The notes: generated from the letters alone by a model not told the origin. Counted from the first letter of the stretch, positions 1 to 10,005 are shown. The stretch is DNA of 64,000 bases from an uncultured bacterium (GCA_963822585.1 CAWGIE010000031.1:224001-288000); one strand, 5' to 3'. Translations and numbers: made by a program.

Positions 1-1
1 G

Positions 2-670
2 GGAACAACGGCCGTCTACGGCATCTTTTTCATCAACCAGCTCCTGCAAAAGAGACCTGATCTGCGCTTTTCCTGGAAGATTCTTGTTCTGCTCTTTCTC
101 TCGGCCGGTCTTTTCTTCCCGGTGGGCGCCGTCGGCGAACGTATCCGGGGTTTGCGGCAGCCGCTCACCCTGGACGGGGTAGCCTATCTATCCCGGCCGA
201 ATCCGACCGGGAATCGGAAAGAGTGGAGGTGGGACCAGGATGACTGGCGGGCCATCAAGTGGATCAATCAGAATATCTCCGGTCAGCCGGTACTTTTGGA
301 GGCCGGCAACATGACCAACCAGGACGGAGGGGAGTCCCAGGCCTATCACTGGGCCTCCCGGGTGGCCACCTTTACCGGCCTCCCCATCCTGGTCGGCTGG
401 GCAAACCACGAAGCCGGATGGAGAAACGACTGGAAGGAGCCGGGACAACGAAAGAGCGATACCGATCTTCTCTTCCGGACTACCAATATCAATACCGCCA
501 TCAATTTGCTCAATAAATACGATATTCAGTATGTCTTCATCGGGAGCGTCGAGAGGGACAGATACCCGGAGGAAGGATTACGTAAGTTTTCCGAACTGGG
601 CAAACTGGTGTACCGGGAGGGACCGGTGGAGATCTGGAAGGTGGGGAGTGATAGGACTAGTAATCGGTAA
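2..670 (+). CDS. C-terminal part of DUF2298 (YYY-type) membrane protein, GT-C-like; 5' truncated by window edge
   Basis: Frame is open from base 2 (GTTAVYGIFF...LFFPVGAVG) into the 122..670 ORF; motifs TLDG, LLEAG..Y.W.SRVATFTGLP.LVGW.NHE..WR, KYDIQYVFIG..ER..Y. Confidence 0.8.
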   Translation, partial: GTTAVYGIFFINQLLQKRPDLRFSWKILVLLFLSAGLFFPVGAVGERIRGLRQPLTLDGVAYLSRPNPTGNRKEWRWDQDDWRAIKWINQNISGQPVLLEAGNMTNQDGGESQAYHWASRVATFTGLPILVGWANHEAGWRNDWKEPGQRKSDTDLLFRTTNINTAINLLNKYDIQYVFIGSVERDRYPEEGLRKFSELGKLVYREGPVEIWKVGSDRTSNR

Positions 671-745
671 TCAGTGATCAGTGATCAGTGATCAGTGACC
701 TTGGCCAACGGTATACTGATTACTGATCACCGTTAACTGATTACT
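659..745. repeat. Heptamer-periodic inverted-repeat element, copy A: (AGTRATC)n - CCTTGGCCAACGG - (ACTGATY)n
   Basis: Direct reading; arms are reverse-complementary; contains the upstream gene's TAA (668-670). Confidence 0.9.
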
Positions 746-767
746 TTTCTCCCTCGGTTCTTCCTTC

Positions 768-3506
768 CTATTTTTCCTCGTCAAGAAACCGGAGACGCAT
801 ATTGGTCAGGACCGGATAGGCAGTGGGCGCGTTGGGACCGGTTCGGTAGAACATGGTCTCCGGGAAGAGGTCGTCCGGCCAGAGCAACCGTTCGTAATAG
901 ACCGTCGTTTTGGAGCCCCGGGGCCAGGACATGCCCACGAAAATATTTTTTTCTTTGGTGGTGAAGGTAAAATTGCTCCAATCCCCTTTTTCAGTCGCGG
1001 TGAGATAGGGAGACTCCGCCACCAGCCGATCGGGTTTCTCGTCACGGTCGGTATCGGCATACACCACCAGCCGGAATCCGCCCGCTTCCCCGGCGGCGGC
1101 ATGAGCGGCCGAGAGTTCCATCCGGTCACTCTTTCTCTTCCAGGGATTTACTTCCCAGATTTGAAGATTATAATAGTCAGCCAGGATCGACTTTTCGGTG
1201 AGATATTCCCGGTGCTTAACGGCTACCGGATAATTCCCCGGAGGGGATTTCTGTCTGGAGAGAAGGAGGAATATCCGGAACTCACCCGATTGAATCCCCG
1301 GACAGGGAGAAAGATCGTCATCCCGCGACTTCCCCGGTCCCGCATATTCTGCCCGGGAAATCGGAGCGACCGGGGCCTGTTCCCAGATTCTCCAGTCATC
1401 GTCAACCAGATATTTGTATAGAGAAAGGCGGCCCGGTTCTTTGGAAAAGGTGGGCCCTTCGAACAGGCCCCGGTCATCTGAAAACCGATAGTCGCCGTAA
1501 AGGTCCACGTAACTGCCTTGCCTGCCGTCTCCCGCGAAGAAACGGACCTCAACCTCGATCGTCTTTTTCCCCTCCAGCTTCTTGAGATCAAGCGGGATGG
1601 TGTACCATTGCCGGATATCCGGCATCGATCGCTTCGTCTGGCGCAGGTAGATCGGAAATGCCCGGCGCTTGTCCTGAGGGACCCAGCTCGCGGGATCGGG
1701 AGTCAAGCCTCCTTCAAACCTCCGTACGACCTCGCCGTCCAGAGAGACCTCCAGGGCATACCGGCGCACCGGACCCGATACCAGATCGAGCTTCAGGTCG
1801 GCGCTCCGGTATTGCCTCAGGTCCTCCGGGAGGATGAAAGTCTGCCTGACCATCTGACCAGGTTCCTGCAGTCTGATCTTCCATTCATGCGCTGTGGGAT
1901 GGACTTTCAGGGCGGAGAAATAGACCAAAAGAATGAACGCCGGGGGAAAGACCGCCCCCAGAACCCGGCGCCAGCCGGCCATGATCGGACGATAGACCCG
2001 GAACAGCAGCGGGATCAGGGAAAGGATAAAAAGCACGGCGATAAAAACACGCAGCCGATGAGCGCCGGGAAAGGAAAGACCGGGGAGCGCCATCATGCTG
2101 AAGCCGGGCCGGGCGGCAAGTGCGAGAACCAGAAGACAGACGGGTGCCAGCAGGATCAAGAAGAGATGCCTGCCCCCCTCCCTTCCCGCACGGAATAACG
2201 AGCACAACCCGAACACAGCCCGATCACAGAACCATACCCCCGCCGCGATCATCAGCGGGATCAGGGGCAGTGTATACCGGCTCTCGACATCGGCGGCAAA
2301 GCACATCGCCCAGCCGTAAATCAGGGAAATGATGATCGGCCAGGATCGACGTCCGAGACCGGGGATGAGGGCCGCTCCGAAAAGCCCCGTGATCAAGATA
2401 ACCCGATTAAGGATATCGATCCAGGGCGGTGGGATGACGTAACTCTGGAGAAAATCGTTGTAGGCCCGCTGATAGAAGAGTCGGCCTTTGGCCAGGAGGA
2501 CCGGTATCGCTTCCGCCGGTTTCTCAAGGAGGATCCTCAGATAGGCCTTAAAGTACCGATCATCGGCGGCGCCGGGATACCGGCCGGGGGTGATTGACCG
2601 CAGGATCTCCCCCCCGGGATCGGTCGTGGTCTGGAGGCCCGCAGTCGGAGGATAGATGCCGCAGTACATGGCCAGGCCGTTCCGCCAGCTGCCGCTGATG
2701 AACGAGCGATGGTACCGGTCGACCTGGGGGGTCCAGAAGAGACGGGGGACGATGATCACCGCCAGCCCGACCGGATAGAGAAGGCTCCGGGCGGGGAACC
2801 AGCGGACCGGCCGCGTTATCGACCGCAGCAGTTTCCGGCGCGGGGAGGGGACGCCTCTCGCTCGGCGCTCCTCTCTCTTCTTCATCGCCAGGCCGAGCAC
2901 CAGCATCGGCCAGTAAAGCAGATAGACATACTGGAAGAAGGTCCGGGTAATGACCATCAGAGCGGTCACGAAGCCGGAGACGAGAATCAGCCACCACGAT
3001 CCCCGCTCCAGGGTCAGAACCAGAAGCCAGATGGTTAGCATGAAAACAAAGACCGCCAGCGTTTCGGTCAGAAGTCGTCCTTCGGAGAGCACAAAGGGGA
3101 TATAGACCGCCCCCATAATAATGGCGATGACGGCTACCCGGCGGCTGAAAATCCGCGCCGCGATCAGATAAAGGAAGAGAAGACTGAGCGTCCCCAGAAT
3201 CGCCTGAGCGATCCGTACCGCATCGAAGTTAACGCCCGCGGCAAGATAAACGCCGGAGAGAAAAAGAGGATACAGCTCGCACTTGGGGAGGGCCATCTCA
3301 TAGGCTTTTTTGAAATGGGTCGTAAAAAGTTCCCGATCCGGCCAGGCGGAGAATGCGGCCGCGAATTCCTTGGCCTGGATGTTATACCCGGCCGCGTCCC
3401 AGGCCACCGGGGCCTGGGGATAGCGGAGGAGAAAATTGACCCGGAAGAGAAAAGCCAGAATCAGCGTGACGATGACAATGGCGAGATAAATGTATTTTCC
3501 CTTCAT
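768..3506 (-). CDS. GT-C fold (PMT_2/GT39-like) membrane glycosyltransferase with large extracytoplasmic region and C-terminal novel domain
   Basis: 912 aa; N-terminal TM then AWDAAGY loop, LYPLFL, LLTETL, TRT..., RYTLP; multiple TM segments. Confidence 0.8.
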   Translation of the reverse strand: MKGKYIYLAIVIVTLILAFLFRVNFLLRYPQAPVAWDAAGYNIQAKEFAAAFSAWPDRELFTTHFKKAYEMALPKCELYPLFLSGVYLAAGVNFDAVRIAQAILGTLSLLFLYLIAARIFSRRVAVIAIIMGAVYIPFVLSEGRLLTETLAVFVFMLTIWLLVLTLERGSWWLILVSGFVTALMVITRTFFQYVYLLYWPMLVLGLAMKKREERRARGVPSPRRKLLRSITRPVRWFPARSLLYPVGLAVIIVPRLFWTPQVDRYHRSFISGSWRNGLAMYCGIYPPTAGLQTTTDPGGEILRSITPGRYPGAADDRYFKAYLRILLEKPAEAIPVLLAKGRLFYQRAYNDFLQSYVIPPPWIDILNRVILITGLFGAALIPGLGRRSWPIIISLIYGWAMCFAADVESRYTLPLIPLMIAAGVWFCDRAVFGLCSLFRAGREGGRHLFLILLAPVCLLVLALAARPGFSMMALPGLSFPGAHRLRVFIAVLFILSLIPLLFRVYRPIMAGWRRVLGAVFPPAFILLVYFSALKVHPTAHEWKIRLQEPGQMVRQTFILPEDLRQYRSADLKLDLVSGPVRRYALEVSLDGEVVRRFEGGLTPDPASWVPQDKRRAFPIYLRQTKRSMPDIRQWYTIPLDLKKLEGKKTIEVEVRFFAGDGRQGSYVDLYGDYRFSDDRGLFEGPTFSKEPGRLSLYKYLVDDDWRIWEQAPVAPISRAEYAGPGKSRDDDLSPCPGIQSGEFRIFLLLSRQKSPPGNYPVAVKHREYLTEKSILADYYNLQIWEVNPWKRKSDRMELSAAHAAAGEAGGFRLVVYADTDRDEKPDRLVAESPYLTATEKGDWSNFTFTTKEKNIFVGMSWPRGSKTTVYYERLLWPDDLFPETMFYRTGPNAPTAYPVLTNMRLRFLDEEK

Positions 3507-3532
3507 CAGCAGTAATCGACGAACAAGAGGAT

Positions 3533-3633
3533 AGTAATCGGTAATCAGTAATCAGTAATCAGTGATCAGTGATCAGTGATCAGTGATCAGTGACCTTGGC
3601 CAACGGCGTACTGATTACCGATTACTGATTACT
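3533..3633. repeat. Heptamer-periodic inverted-repeat element, copy B
   Basis: 3567-3606 is identical to 672-711, including the CCTTGGCCAACGG core. Confidence 0.9.
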
Positions 3634-3637
3634 TAAC

Positions 3638-5053
3638 CTACTGCCCCGCCCCCGCTTCTCGATACCACTCCTCGGACGAACGTCCCTCCATCACGCCCCG
3701 GGCCGCAGCCTGGCCTGATTTCATGCTGTCGTGCATGTCGCTGTTCAGAAAAAGGCCCTGTCTCCCGGCGGAGCGGAGATTCCCGAGCCGGGACAATCCT
3801 CCCAGAAAAGCTTCCAGATTATGCTCGAAGGAGAGATCGTAAATGGGGTAGGCGTCTTTGGCCCGGGTCACGATACATTCGCCGGCAGCTTTACCGTCGA
3901 TCAAATCGATATGACCGATATCCGCCAAGACCAGCTCCTTCACTTCTTCCTCCGTCGCTTCCCAGAGCGTGTCCCCCCAACCGCAGCAGACCTCAAAGGT
4001 CAGCAGTGTCTTCCCCGGAGGGCGGTTCCGGAGGAGGAGGTTTTTCTGTTCGCAGAATCGATTGAACCGGAAATAGGGATCGAGGAGATATACCCAGTGA
4101 GCGCGGCTGACCCGGTCGGTATTGATAATGATGTTTCCCAGGACCAGCGCCCGATTACGCAAATTCTGGGAGGCGGCATATTCCATCTCCGAGAGACGGG
4201 GGCGGCAGAGGTGACCGAGGGTGGCCAGGGGGATGGTGGATATAACCCCGCTGCAGGGGATCACCTGCTCCCCTCCCTCCCCTTCAACGCACACCGAAAC
4301 CACCCGGTCGCCATCGAAATTCATCCCGGTCGGAACGCTCTCCAGCCGGATCTCTCCTCCGTCCTCCCTGATCCGGTCGGCCATACCGCTGAAGACAACC
4401 CCCATCCCCTCCTCCGGATAAAGAAAATCATCCCAGTAGGTGGCCTGCTCCTGCCCCCTCCCTCCCAGCAGCTTGATCAGTATATCCTTCAGATTCAGCT
4501 TGTGAAGTTTGGAGGACGCCAGCCGGGTGGAGATCTGTGAAGGGGGAATACCCCATACCCGCTTGGTGTACTGTCCGAAGCAGAGATCGTAGAGAGTCCT
4601 CCCGAATCTCTTAATCCCCCAGCTCTCAAAGGAATCGTCGGGACGGGGAAAGATAGCGTTCTTCAGCGACGTGAAGAGAAAATCCCCCACCATGCGGGCG
4701 GAGAAGAAGGGATTTAAACCCCGGAAAAGCTGCCAGAACTTGAGCGGATAATCATAATATTTGCCCCGGATCAGCATATTGGTGATCCGCTTTTTTATCA
4801 CCAGCTTGCCGGCGTAGTGTTCGCGTATCAGTTCATCTATCTCGTCATTTTTTACATGGTAGGTGTGGGGACCGAACTCGACGATGAATCCCTCCCAGTA
4901 GCGGGATGAGGATATTCCCCCGACCGTCGAGCGCTTCTCCAGCACGATCACCTTTTGTCCCGCCCGGCTGAGTGTCCGGGCCGCCGTCAACCCGGCCGGC
5001 CCGGCGCCGAATACAACGATAGGCAATCGTTTATTGGAATCCGGATTATTCAT
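3638..5053 (-). CDS. FAD-dependent oxidoreductase (protoporphyrinogen oxidase/UDP-galactopyranose mutase-like, glycan-locus type)
   Basis: GAGPAGLTAA...LEKRSTVGG, FGPHTYH, YT.RVWG, FLYPEEG.G, AYPIY, GRQGLF...MHDS. Confidence 0.8.
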   Translation of the reverse strand: MNNPDSNKRLPIVVFGAGPAGLTAARTLSRAGQKVIVLEKRSTVGGISSSRYWEGFIVEFGPHTYHVKNDEIDELIREHYAGKLVIKKRITNMLIRGKYYDYPLKFWQLFRGLNPFFSARMVGDFLFTSLKNAIFPRPDDSFESWGIKRFGRTLYDLCFGQYTKRVWGIPPSQISTRLASSKLHKLNLKDILIKLLGGRGQEQATYWDDFLYPEEGMGVVFSGMADRIREDGGEIRLESVPTGMNFDGDRVVSVCVEGEGGEQVIPCSGVISTIPLATLGHLCRPRLSEMEYAASQNLRNRALVLGNIIINTDRVSRAHWVYLLDPYFRFNRFCEQKNLLLRNRPPGKTLLTFEVCCGWGDTLWEATEEEVKELVLADIGHIDLIDGKAAGECIVTRAKDAYPIYDLSFEHNLEAFLGGLSRLGNLRSAGRQGLFLNSDMHDSMKSGQAAARGVMEGRSSEEWYREAGAGQ

Positions 5054-5070
5054 CCTTTAAAAATATATTA

Positions 5071-5135
5071 GTTTGTGGTTTCGGTAATTGTGATTTGGGA
5101 TTTATTTGGTGCTTATGATTTGTTATTTGGAATTT
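5071..5135. repeat. Solo arm of the AAATTCCAAAT..AAGCACCAAATAA periodic repeat family
   Basis: Same family and orientation as the right arm at 14737-14793. Confidence 0.75.
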
Positions 5136-5136
5136 G

Positions 5137-5165
5137 AGAGATTTCATGCGAAGCATGAAATCTCT
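5137..5165. repeat. Perfect 13-bp stem hairpin with C-GAA-G triloop
   Basis: AGAGATTTCATGC-GAA-GCATGAAATCTCT; abuts the stop of the GT2 gene. Confidence 0.85.
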
Positions 5166-5889
5166 ACCAGAGGCGGCAGCGGATCATCGCCGCCCGGAGG
5201 GCGATCAAGAGACCGGTCCGGGCGATGCTGAAAAACTCTCTCATACCCGTCCCATGGCCCGAAGCACCGCCCTGGCGGCTCAGGTAGGTAACCGGCACCT
5301 GGAGAATACGATAGCCTTTCAATGCCCCCCTGACCACGATCTCCATCTCATAAATAAAGCGGTTATCCTTGAAATCGACGTCCCAGATGTATTCACCGCT
5401 CCAGGCCTTCATGCCGGTCGTCACGTCGGTGATCGTGCGGCCGGCGATGAGCGAAATAAATCCGTTAAGAAAGGCATTCCCCTTATCCCGGAAAAAACTG
5501 GAGCGATACCCGGAACGATCGGCTTCATCCATGAACCGGGAACCGATGACCAGGTCGGCTTCTCCTTCCAGTATCGGAGAGACAATCCGGGGGATATCCT
5601 CGGGGGCAAACTGCAGATCGGCGTCGAACTGGAGCATGACCGGATGGGCAGCCAGGGTAATGCCCACTTTCACGGCGTGTCCTTTCCCGCTGTCTCCGTA
5701 GTTCCGCAAGACCCTGATCGGAATCGAATGCACCAGCCCCCACTCCGCGGCGATATCGGCGGTCCGGTCCCGGCCGCCATGGACAATGATGATCTCAGCC
5801 GAGGGAGCCGCGGCCAGAATCCGATCCAGGCACCCCCGGATGGTCTCCTCCTCATTAAAGGTCGAGATAATTATCGTGAATGGTTGCAT
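5164..5889 (-). CDS. GT2 polyprenol-phosphate glycosyltransferase (Dpm1/PPM synthase-like)
   Basis: IIISTFNEE, GKGHAVKVG, FDADLQF.PEDI, DLVIGSRF, TDVTTGMK, EMEI; first acidic motif is atypical (VHGGRD). Confidence 0.85.
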   Translation of the reverse strand: MQPFTIIISTFNEEETIRGCLDRILAAAPSAEIIIVHGGRDRTADIAAEWGLVHSIPIRVLRNYGDSGKGHAVKVGITLAAHPVMLQFDADLQFAPEDIPRIVSPILEGEADLVIGSRFMDEADRSGYRSSFFRDKGNAFLNGFISLIAGRTITDVTTGMKAWSGEYIWDVDFKDNRFIYEMEIVVRGALKGYRILQVPVTYLSRQGGASGHGTGMREFFSIARTGLLIALRAAMIRCRLW

Positions 5890-5924
5890 GGTTTTCCCTC
5901 TACCCCGATCACGGGAATAGCAAC

Positions 5925-6001
5925 CGGTAATCAGTGATCGATAATCAGTACGGCCCAGCCGCCCGGGGCACTGATTACCGACAACTGATTACTGATCACT
6001 G
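5925..6001. repeat. Heptamer-periodic inverted-repeat element, copy C
   Basis: CGGTAATCAGTGATC...ACTGATTACTGATCACTG; contains the stop of the kinase gene. Confidence 0.85.
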
Positions 6002-7012
6002 CTCATCCCCCGGGTTCCCCAGCTTTTCCGGATCGTAAAAAATAATGTGTGATCCGTTCCTCTCGAAACGGAAACTGACTTCCAGAAGATCCCGGAGCGC
6101 GGCCCGGACCGCCGGCTGCCGGTCGGGAACGGCATAGAGAAGCAGAAAACCGCCGCCGCCGGCGCCGAGCAGCTTGCCCCCCAGGGCTCCCGCCCCCCGG
6201 GCCCGGGCGTACATCTCGTCGATCCCGGGGCTGCTCACCCCTGTCCCCATGCTTTTTTTCAGGCCCCATCCTTCGTCCAGGAGTCGCCCGAAATCATCCA
6301 GGTCGGCGTCCGGATCGCACAGGACATCCCTTCCCCGCTTCGCCAATTCCGCGAGCGCCCCGAGAGCTTCCCGGTTGTTCTCGAGCCGGGAAACGTGCTC
6401 CTTCTGTATCTCATTGGAATATCTCTGGATGCCGGTATAAAAGAGCATCAGGTTGGCCTGCAGGCTCTCTACCACCCCGGTGGGAGTGATCACCTTTTCC
6501 ACCAGCACCTCGTCTCTGTCCAGGAAACGGATATAGTTTATTCCGCCGTAGGCGGCGGCGTACTGGTCCTGGCAGCCGACATTCTCCGGGATCAGCTCGC
6601 GCTCCACGTACACGGCTTCTCTGGCCAGCTGCCGGGGGGAAACCCGTCTCCCGCGGTAGGCGTAGAGCGCATGCAGGAGCCCAACCACGAAAGAAGACGA
6701 GGTGCCCAGCCCCGTGCGGGCCGGAAGATTGGAGAAATAATTGATCTCGATATTGGAGGTGATCCCCATGTGCTGCAGGCAGGCGCGAACGGCCGGATGA
6801 CCGATCTCTTCAACACGATTGATCAGTTCGGTTTTTGAATAGGATATTTTTATCCGGTAGTCGAAGAAATTACTGAGGTAGTTGACGGTCAAAAAGACGT
6901 GCTTGTCTATCGTGGTGGAAAGCACCGCCCCCCCGAAGCGGTTGAAGTATTCGGGAAAATCCGTTCCTCCTCCGAAAAAACTGATCCTGACCGGTGTCTG
7001 CGCGATGATCAT
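5996..7012 (-). CDS. hddA: GHMP kinase, D-glycero-alpha-D-manno-heptose-7-phosphate kinase-like
   Basis: MIIAQTPVRISFFGGGTD, GLGTSSS, VGCQDQY, GGKLLGAGGGGF; start reassigned to ATG at 7012. Confidence 0.8.
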   Translation of the reverse strand: MIIAQTPVRISFFGGGTDFPEYFNRFGGAVLSTTIDKHVFLTVNYLSNFFDYRIKISYSKTELINRVEEIGHPAVRACLQHMGITSNIEINYFSNLPARTGLGTSSSFVVGLLHALYAYRGRRVSPRQLAREAVYVERELIPENVGCQDQYAAAYGGINYIRFLDRDEVLVEKVITPTGVVESLQANLMLFYTGIQRYSNEIQKEHVSRLENNREALGALAELAKRGRDVLCDPDADLDDFGRLLDEGWGLKKSMGTGVSSPGIDEMYARARGAGALGGKLLGAGGGGFLLLYAVPDRQPAVRAALRDLLEVSFRFERNGSHIIFYDPEKLGNPGDEQ

Positions 7013-7128
7013 TTTAAAATTTTTCTTCGAAATACAATTTTTCTGCGAAAAATTGTGGGTTAAGAACAAACGTCCAAAACGTTACCTATAGCAAAAACGT
7101 CGACCGGGTACTACCGAAAATGTTCTGT

Positions 7129-7905
7129 TCAACCGGCGGACCGGTTTAAGATAAATTCTTTTGCCGTCGCCCGGGATTCCGGTATGCCGAATAATCGGCC
7201 TATTTTTTCATTATTAACGTCGTATGTCTCGCGGGGCGCATTCGCGGCCTGGTAGCGGAGAGGTTTGTCCAGCCACGACCGTATCTCCCGAAGGGCGACC
7301 GTCCCGCTACCGCAAAGGTTGAATGTCTCTCCTTTCAGATCCCGGCGGAGAAGCGCGAAAACGGCTTCCGCCGCGGTATCCGTCAGCAAATACTGGTAAC
7401 GGGAATCCTCGTGAACCCGGAGGGGAATATCGTGGAGAAGATCGAAAACCGGGTTTTTCTTCAATCCCGGTCCCAGGACTCCACCCAGGCGGATGATGAG
7501 CCAGTCCGGAAGGTAATGTCCAACCATCTGCTCCCCCAGATATTTATGAAATCCATAGTGAGAGATCCGATTGATGTCGATCACTGCGTCTTCCCGGTTC
7601 CGACCCGGATCGGCATGGTCAGGGTAAACGTCAATACTCGAAATGTACACGTATCTGCGAAAGGAAAAATCCCGAAATGACCGAAGAAGAGCATCCAGGG
7701 AAATACGGAAGTCATCCAGCGGATTCTCGTTGGCGATAAACTTTCTGGAATTTCCGGCGGTGTTGATCAGGACGTCATATTCCCGGCCCCGGCCTTCGTC
7801 GTAGTTATCCAGATCGATGCAGTCGCAGTCCACACCCGACCTTCGGCAGAAGCGGACAAACGCCGACCCCACGAATCCCCTCCCGCCCAGTACGCATGCC
7901 TTCAC
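7129..7905 (-). CDS. NAD-dependent epimerase/dehydratase (extended SDR)
   Basis: GGRGFVG, SSIDVY, YGFHK; GTG start overlaps the upstream TGA (GTGA). Confidence 0.8.
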   Translation of the reverse strand: MKACVLGGRGFVGSAFVRFCRRSGVDCDCIDLDNYDEGRGREYDVLINTAGNSRKFIANENPLDDFRISLDALLRSFRDFSFRRYVYISSIDVYPDHADPGRNREDAVIDINRISHYGFHKYLGEQMVGHYLPDWLIIRLGGVLGPGLKKNPVFDLLHDIPLRVHEDSRYQYLLTDTAAEAVFALLRRDLKGETFNLCGSGTVALREIRSWLDKPLRYQAANAPRETYDVNNEKIGRLFGIPESRATAKEFILNRSAG

Positions 7906-8852
7906 AGCCGGACGGTCCCCTCCGCATAATTCTCCCGGAACCAATTAATCGTCCGGGCCAATCCGTCTCTCAGGGAGGTGGGGCAGTCAAGACCGAGGTC
8001 CTTCATCTTCCGGTTGGCGAATATCTTCAGTACTTTCCCGTCCGGTTTCGACCGGTCCCAGACGATACGCCCCCGGTAACCGGTGAGTTCCTTGACCAGT
8101 TCGGCCAGCTCTTTGATCGAGGTGGAGCGGGCGGTGGAAAGGTTGATCGGTTCGGAGGTATCATACTCCTCGAGAAAATAGGGAAAGAGCGCGGCGACGT
8201 CTCCCGCGTAGACAAAATCCCGGGTTGGTTTTCCGCTTCCCCACATTACTACCTCGGGCCGGTCCTCCAGCAGCGCCTCATAGAATTTTCTCACCGTGGC
8301 CGGGATGACGTGGGAATTTTCCGTCTCGAAATTGTCATATTCGCCGTACACGTTGCCGGGAATGAGCACGATGGAATTGAAATCATACTGGCGCCGGTAG
8401 GCTTGGGACTGGATGAGCACCATCTTCTTCGCCACCGAATAGGGGGTACTTTCGAAGGCGGGGAGCCCCCCCCACATTTCTTCCTCCGAGATCGGCGAGG
8501 GAGCTGAGGCCGGGTAACTGCACCCTCCGATCGCGGCCACCACTTTCTCCGCCCCCGCCCGCCAGGCTTCATGGACGGTCATGGTCTGAATCATGATATT
8601 CCGGTAGAAAAAATCCGCCGGGTAGGCCAGGTTGGCTCCGATCCCCCCCACGTATCCGGCCAGGGCGATAACCCAGGCCGGCTGATGATCCCGGAACATT
8701 TGACGGACCCCGGCCTGCTCGGTCAGATCGTACTCTTCCGAGGAAAGCGCCACGATGCGGGAGGCGGGATACCTCTCCTCCAGAACGGGAAGAAGATGCC
8801 GGCCCAGAAACCCGCTCGCCCCGGTCACCAGAATGGTATGCTTTTTAGCCAT
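7902..8852 (-). CDS. fcl: GDP-L-fucose synthase-like (GDP-4-keto-6-deoxy sugar epimerase/reductase)
   Basis: TGASGFLG, LAGYVGGIGAN..YPADF, GCSYP (catalytic Cys), YSVAK, NVYGEYDNF...SHVIPA, WGSG.PTRDF; start at MAKKH. Confidence 0.85.
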   Translation of the reverse strand: MAKKHTILVTGASGFLGRHLLPVLEERYPASRIVALSSEEYDLTEQAGVRQMFRDHQPAWVIALAGYVGGIGANLAYPADFFYRNIMIQTMTVHEAWRAGAEKVVAAIGGCSYPASAPSPISEEEMWGGLPAFESTPYSVAKKMVLIQSQAYRRQYDFNSIVLIPGNVYGEYDNFETENSHVIPATVRKFYEALLEDRPEVVMWGSGKPTRDFVYAGDVAALFPYFLEEYDTSEPINLSTARSTSIKELAELVKELTGYRGRIVWDRSKPDGKVLKIFANRKMKDLGLDCPTSLRDGLARTINWFRENYAEGTVRL

Positions 8853-8904
8853 AATACCCTGCTTATTATGGTCCCGTGCCTGCAGCAAAATATTTCGAGG
8901 AATC

Positions 8905-8992
8905 GTAATGGAGTAATGGAGTATTGGAGTACTGGAATACCGGGGGCAATCTCCCGACATTCCAGCAATCCATCATTCCAACTCTCCATTCT
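8905..8992. repeat. Octamer-periodic inverted-repeat element (GGAGTAHT)n...(TCCA-periodic)n
   Basis: gtaatggagtaatggagtattggagtactggaatac ... cattccagcaatccatcattccaactctccattc. Confidence 0.75.
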
Positions 8993-9941
8993 ACAAGTTG
9001 TTGTACACCGAGTCTTTTAAAAAAGTATAGGCCCGGAGCAATTCCCGGATCCCGGCGGATAACGTCCAGAGGGGCCGGAATCCGGCCTGCTCGATTTTCT
9101 CGTTGCTCACGATGTAGTCCCGCTGGTCAGGGTCTTTTCCGATCTCCGAGGTGATGATGACCAGTTCCGGGACCTGGCGTTTGATCAGCCGGCACAACTC
9201 CAGTTTGGAGAGATTGGCGTTGCTGAGTCCGACATTATACACCTGATTTTTCATCCGCGGGAAATGAACTGCTCCGAGATAAAAAACCCGGGAGATATCC
9301 CGGACATGGATGAAGTTTCGCTTGAAATGCTCTTCAAAGAGCACGATGCACCGGTCCCGGACCGCGCGGTAGCTAAAATCATTGACCATCAGATCCACCC
9401 TCATCCGGGGCGAGACCCCGAATGCCGTGGCCAGGCGGAAGGCGATCGCGTTGCCTTTGTCGAGCAGGATCTTCTCCGCCTCCACCTTCGTCCGTCCGTA
9501 TAAAGAGATCGGCCGCAGCGGGGACTCCTCCGTGCAGTAAATCCCCTTCTCCCCGATTCCATAGCCGCTGTTGGTCACGGGGAAGAGCACCCGCTGCTCC
9601 CGGCTCCGGAGATCGTTGAGCAGTTTTACCGCGCCCACGTTGATGCTCCGGGAGTCCGCCGGCCGCAGATCACAGGCGGGCGCCCCGACTACCGCCGCCA
9701 GAGGGATCAGGATATCCGCTGCGGCGATCAGGGGCCTGATAACCGCCTTCTCCCGGACATCCCCCCTGATGATGCTAAGACCGGAAAAATGACAGAGATG
9801 GAGCAGCGAGGTCCGACAGTAACGAAAATCATCGAGGACCGTAACCGGATGACCCTTCTTCAGAAAATGCTCCACCATGATCGAACCCACGTACCCGGCT
9901 CCGCCGGTGATCAGAATCTTCTCTTTCGCCTTGCCTGCCAT
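8991..9941 (-). CDS. NAD-dependent epimerase/dehydratase (extended SDR)
   Basis: TGGAGYVGS, LAAVVGAPAC, SLYGRTK, RLATAFG.SPRMR.DL.VN. Confidence 0.85.
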   Translation of the reverse strand: MAGKAKEKILITGGAGYVGSIMVEHFLKKGHPVTVLDDFRYCRTSLLHLCHFSGLSIIRGDVREKAVIRPLIAAADILIPLAAVVGAPACDLRPADSRSINVGAVKLLNDLRSREQRVLFPVTNSGYGIGEKGIYCTEESPLRPISLYGRTKVEAEKILLDKGNAIAFRLATAFGVSPRMRVDLMVNDFSYRAVRDRCIVLFEEHFKRNFIHVRDISRVFYLGAVHFPRMKNQVYNVGLSNANLSKLELCRLIKRQVPELVIITSEIGKDPDQRDYIVSNEKIEQAGFRPLWTLSAGIRELLRAYTFLKDSVYNNL

Positions 9942-10005
9942 TTTTTCTCCTTATCTATATTTTATCTCTCCAGTATTTCTGATTCCCTAACATAACGTTT
10001 CATAA

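Noticed and set aside
3638..5053. hemY/hemG or glf gene symbol
   Set aside because: Only the generic FAD fold is supported and the context is glycan biosynthesis, so no specific symbol is justified.
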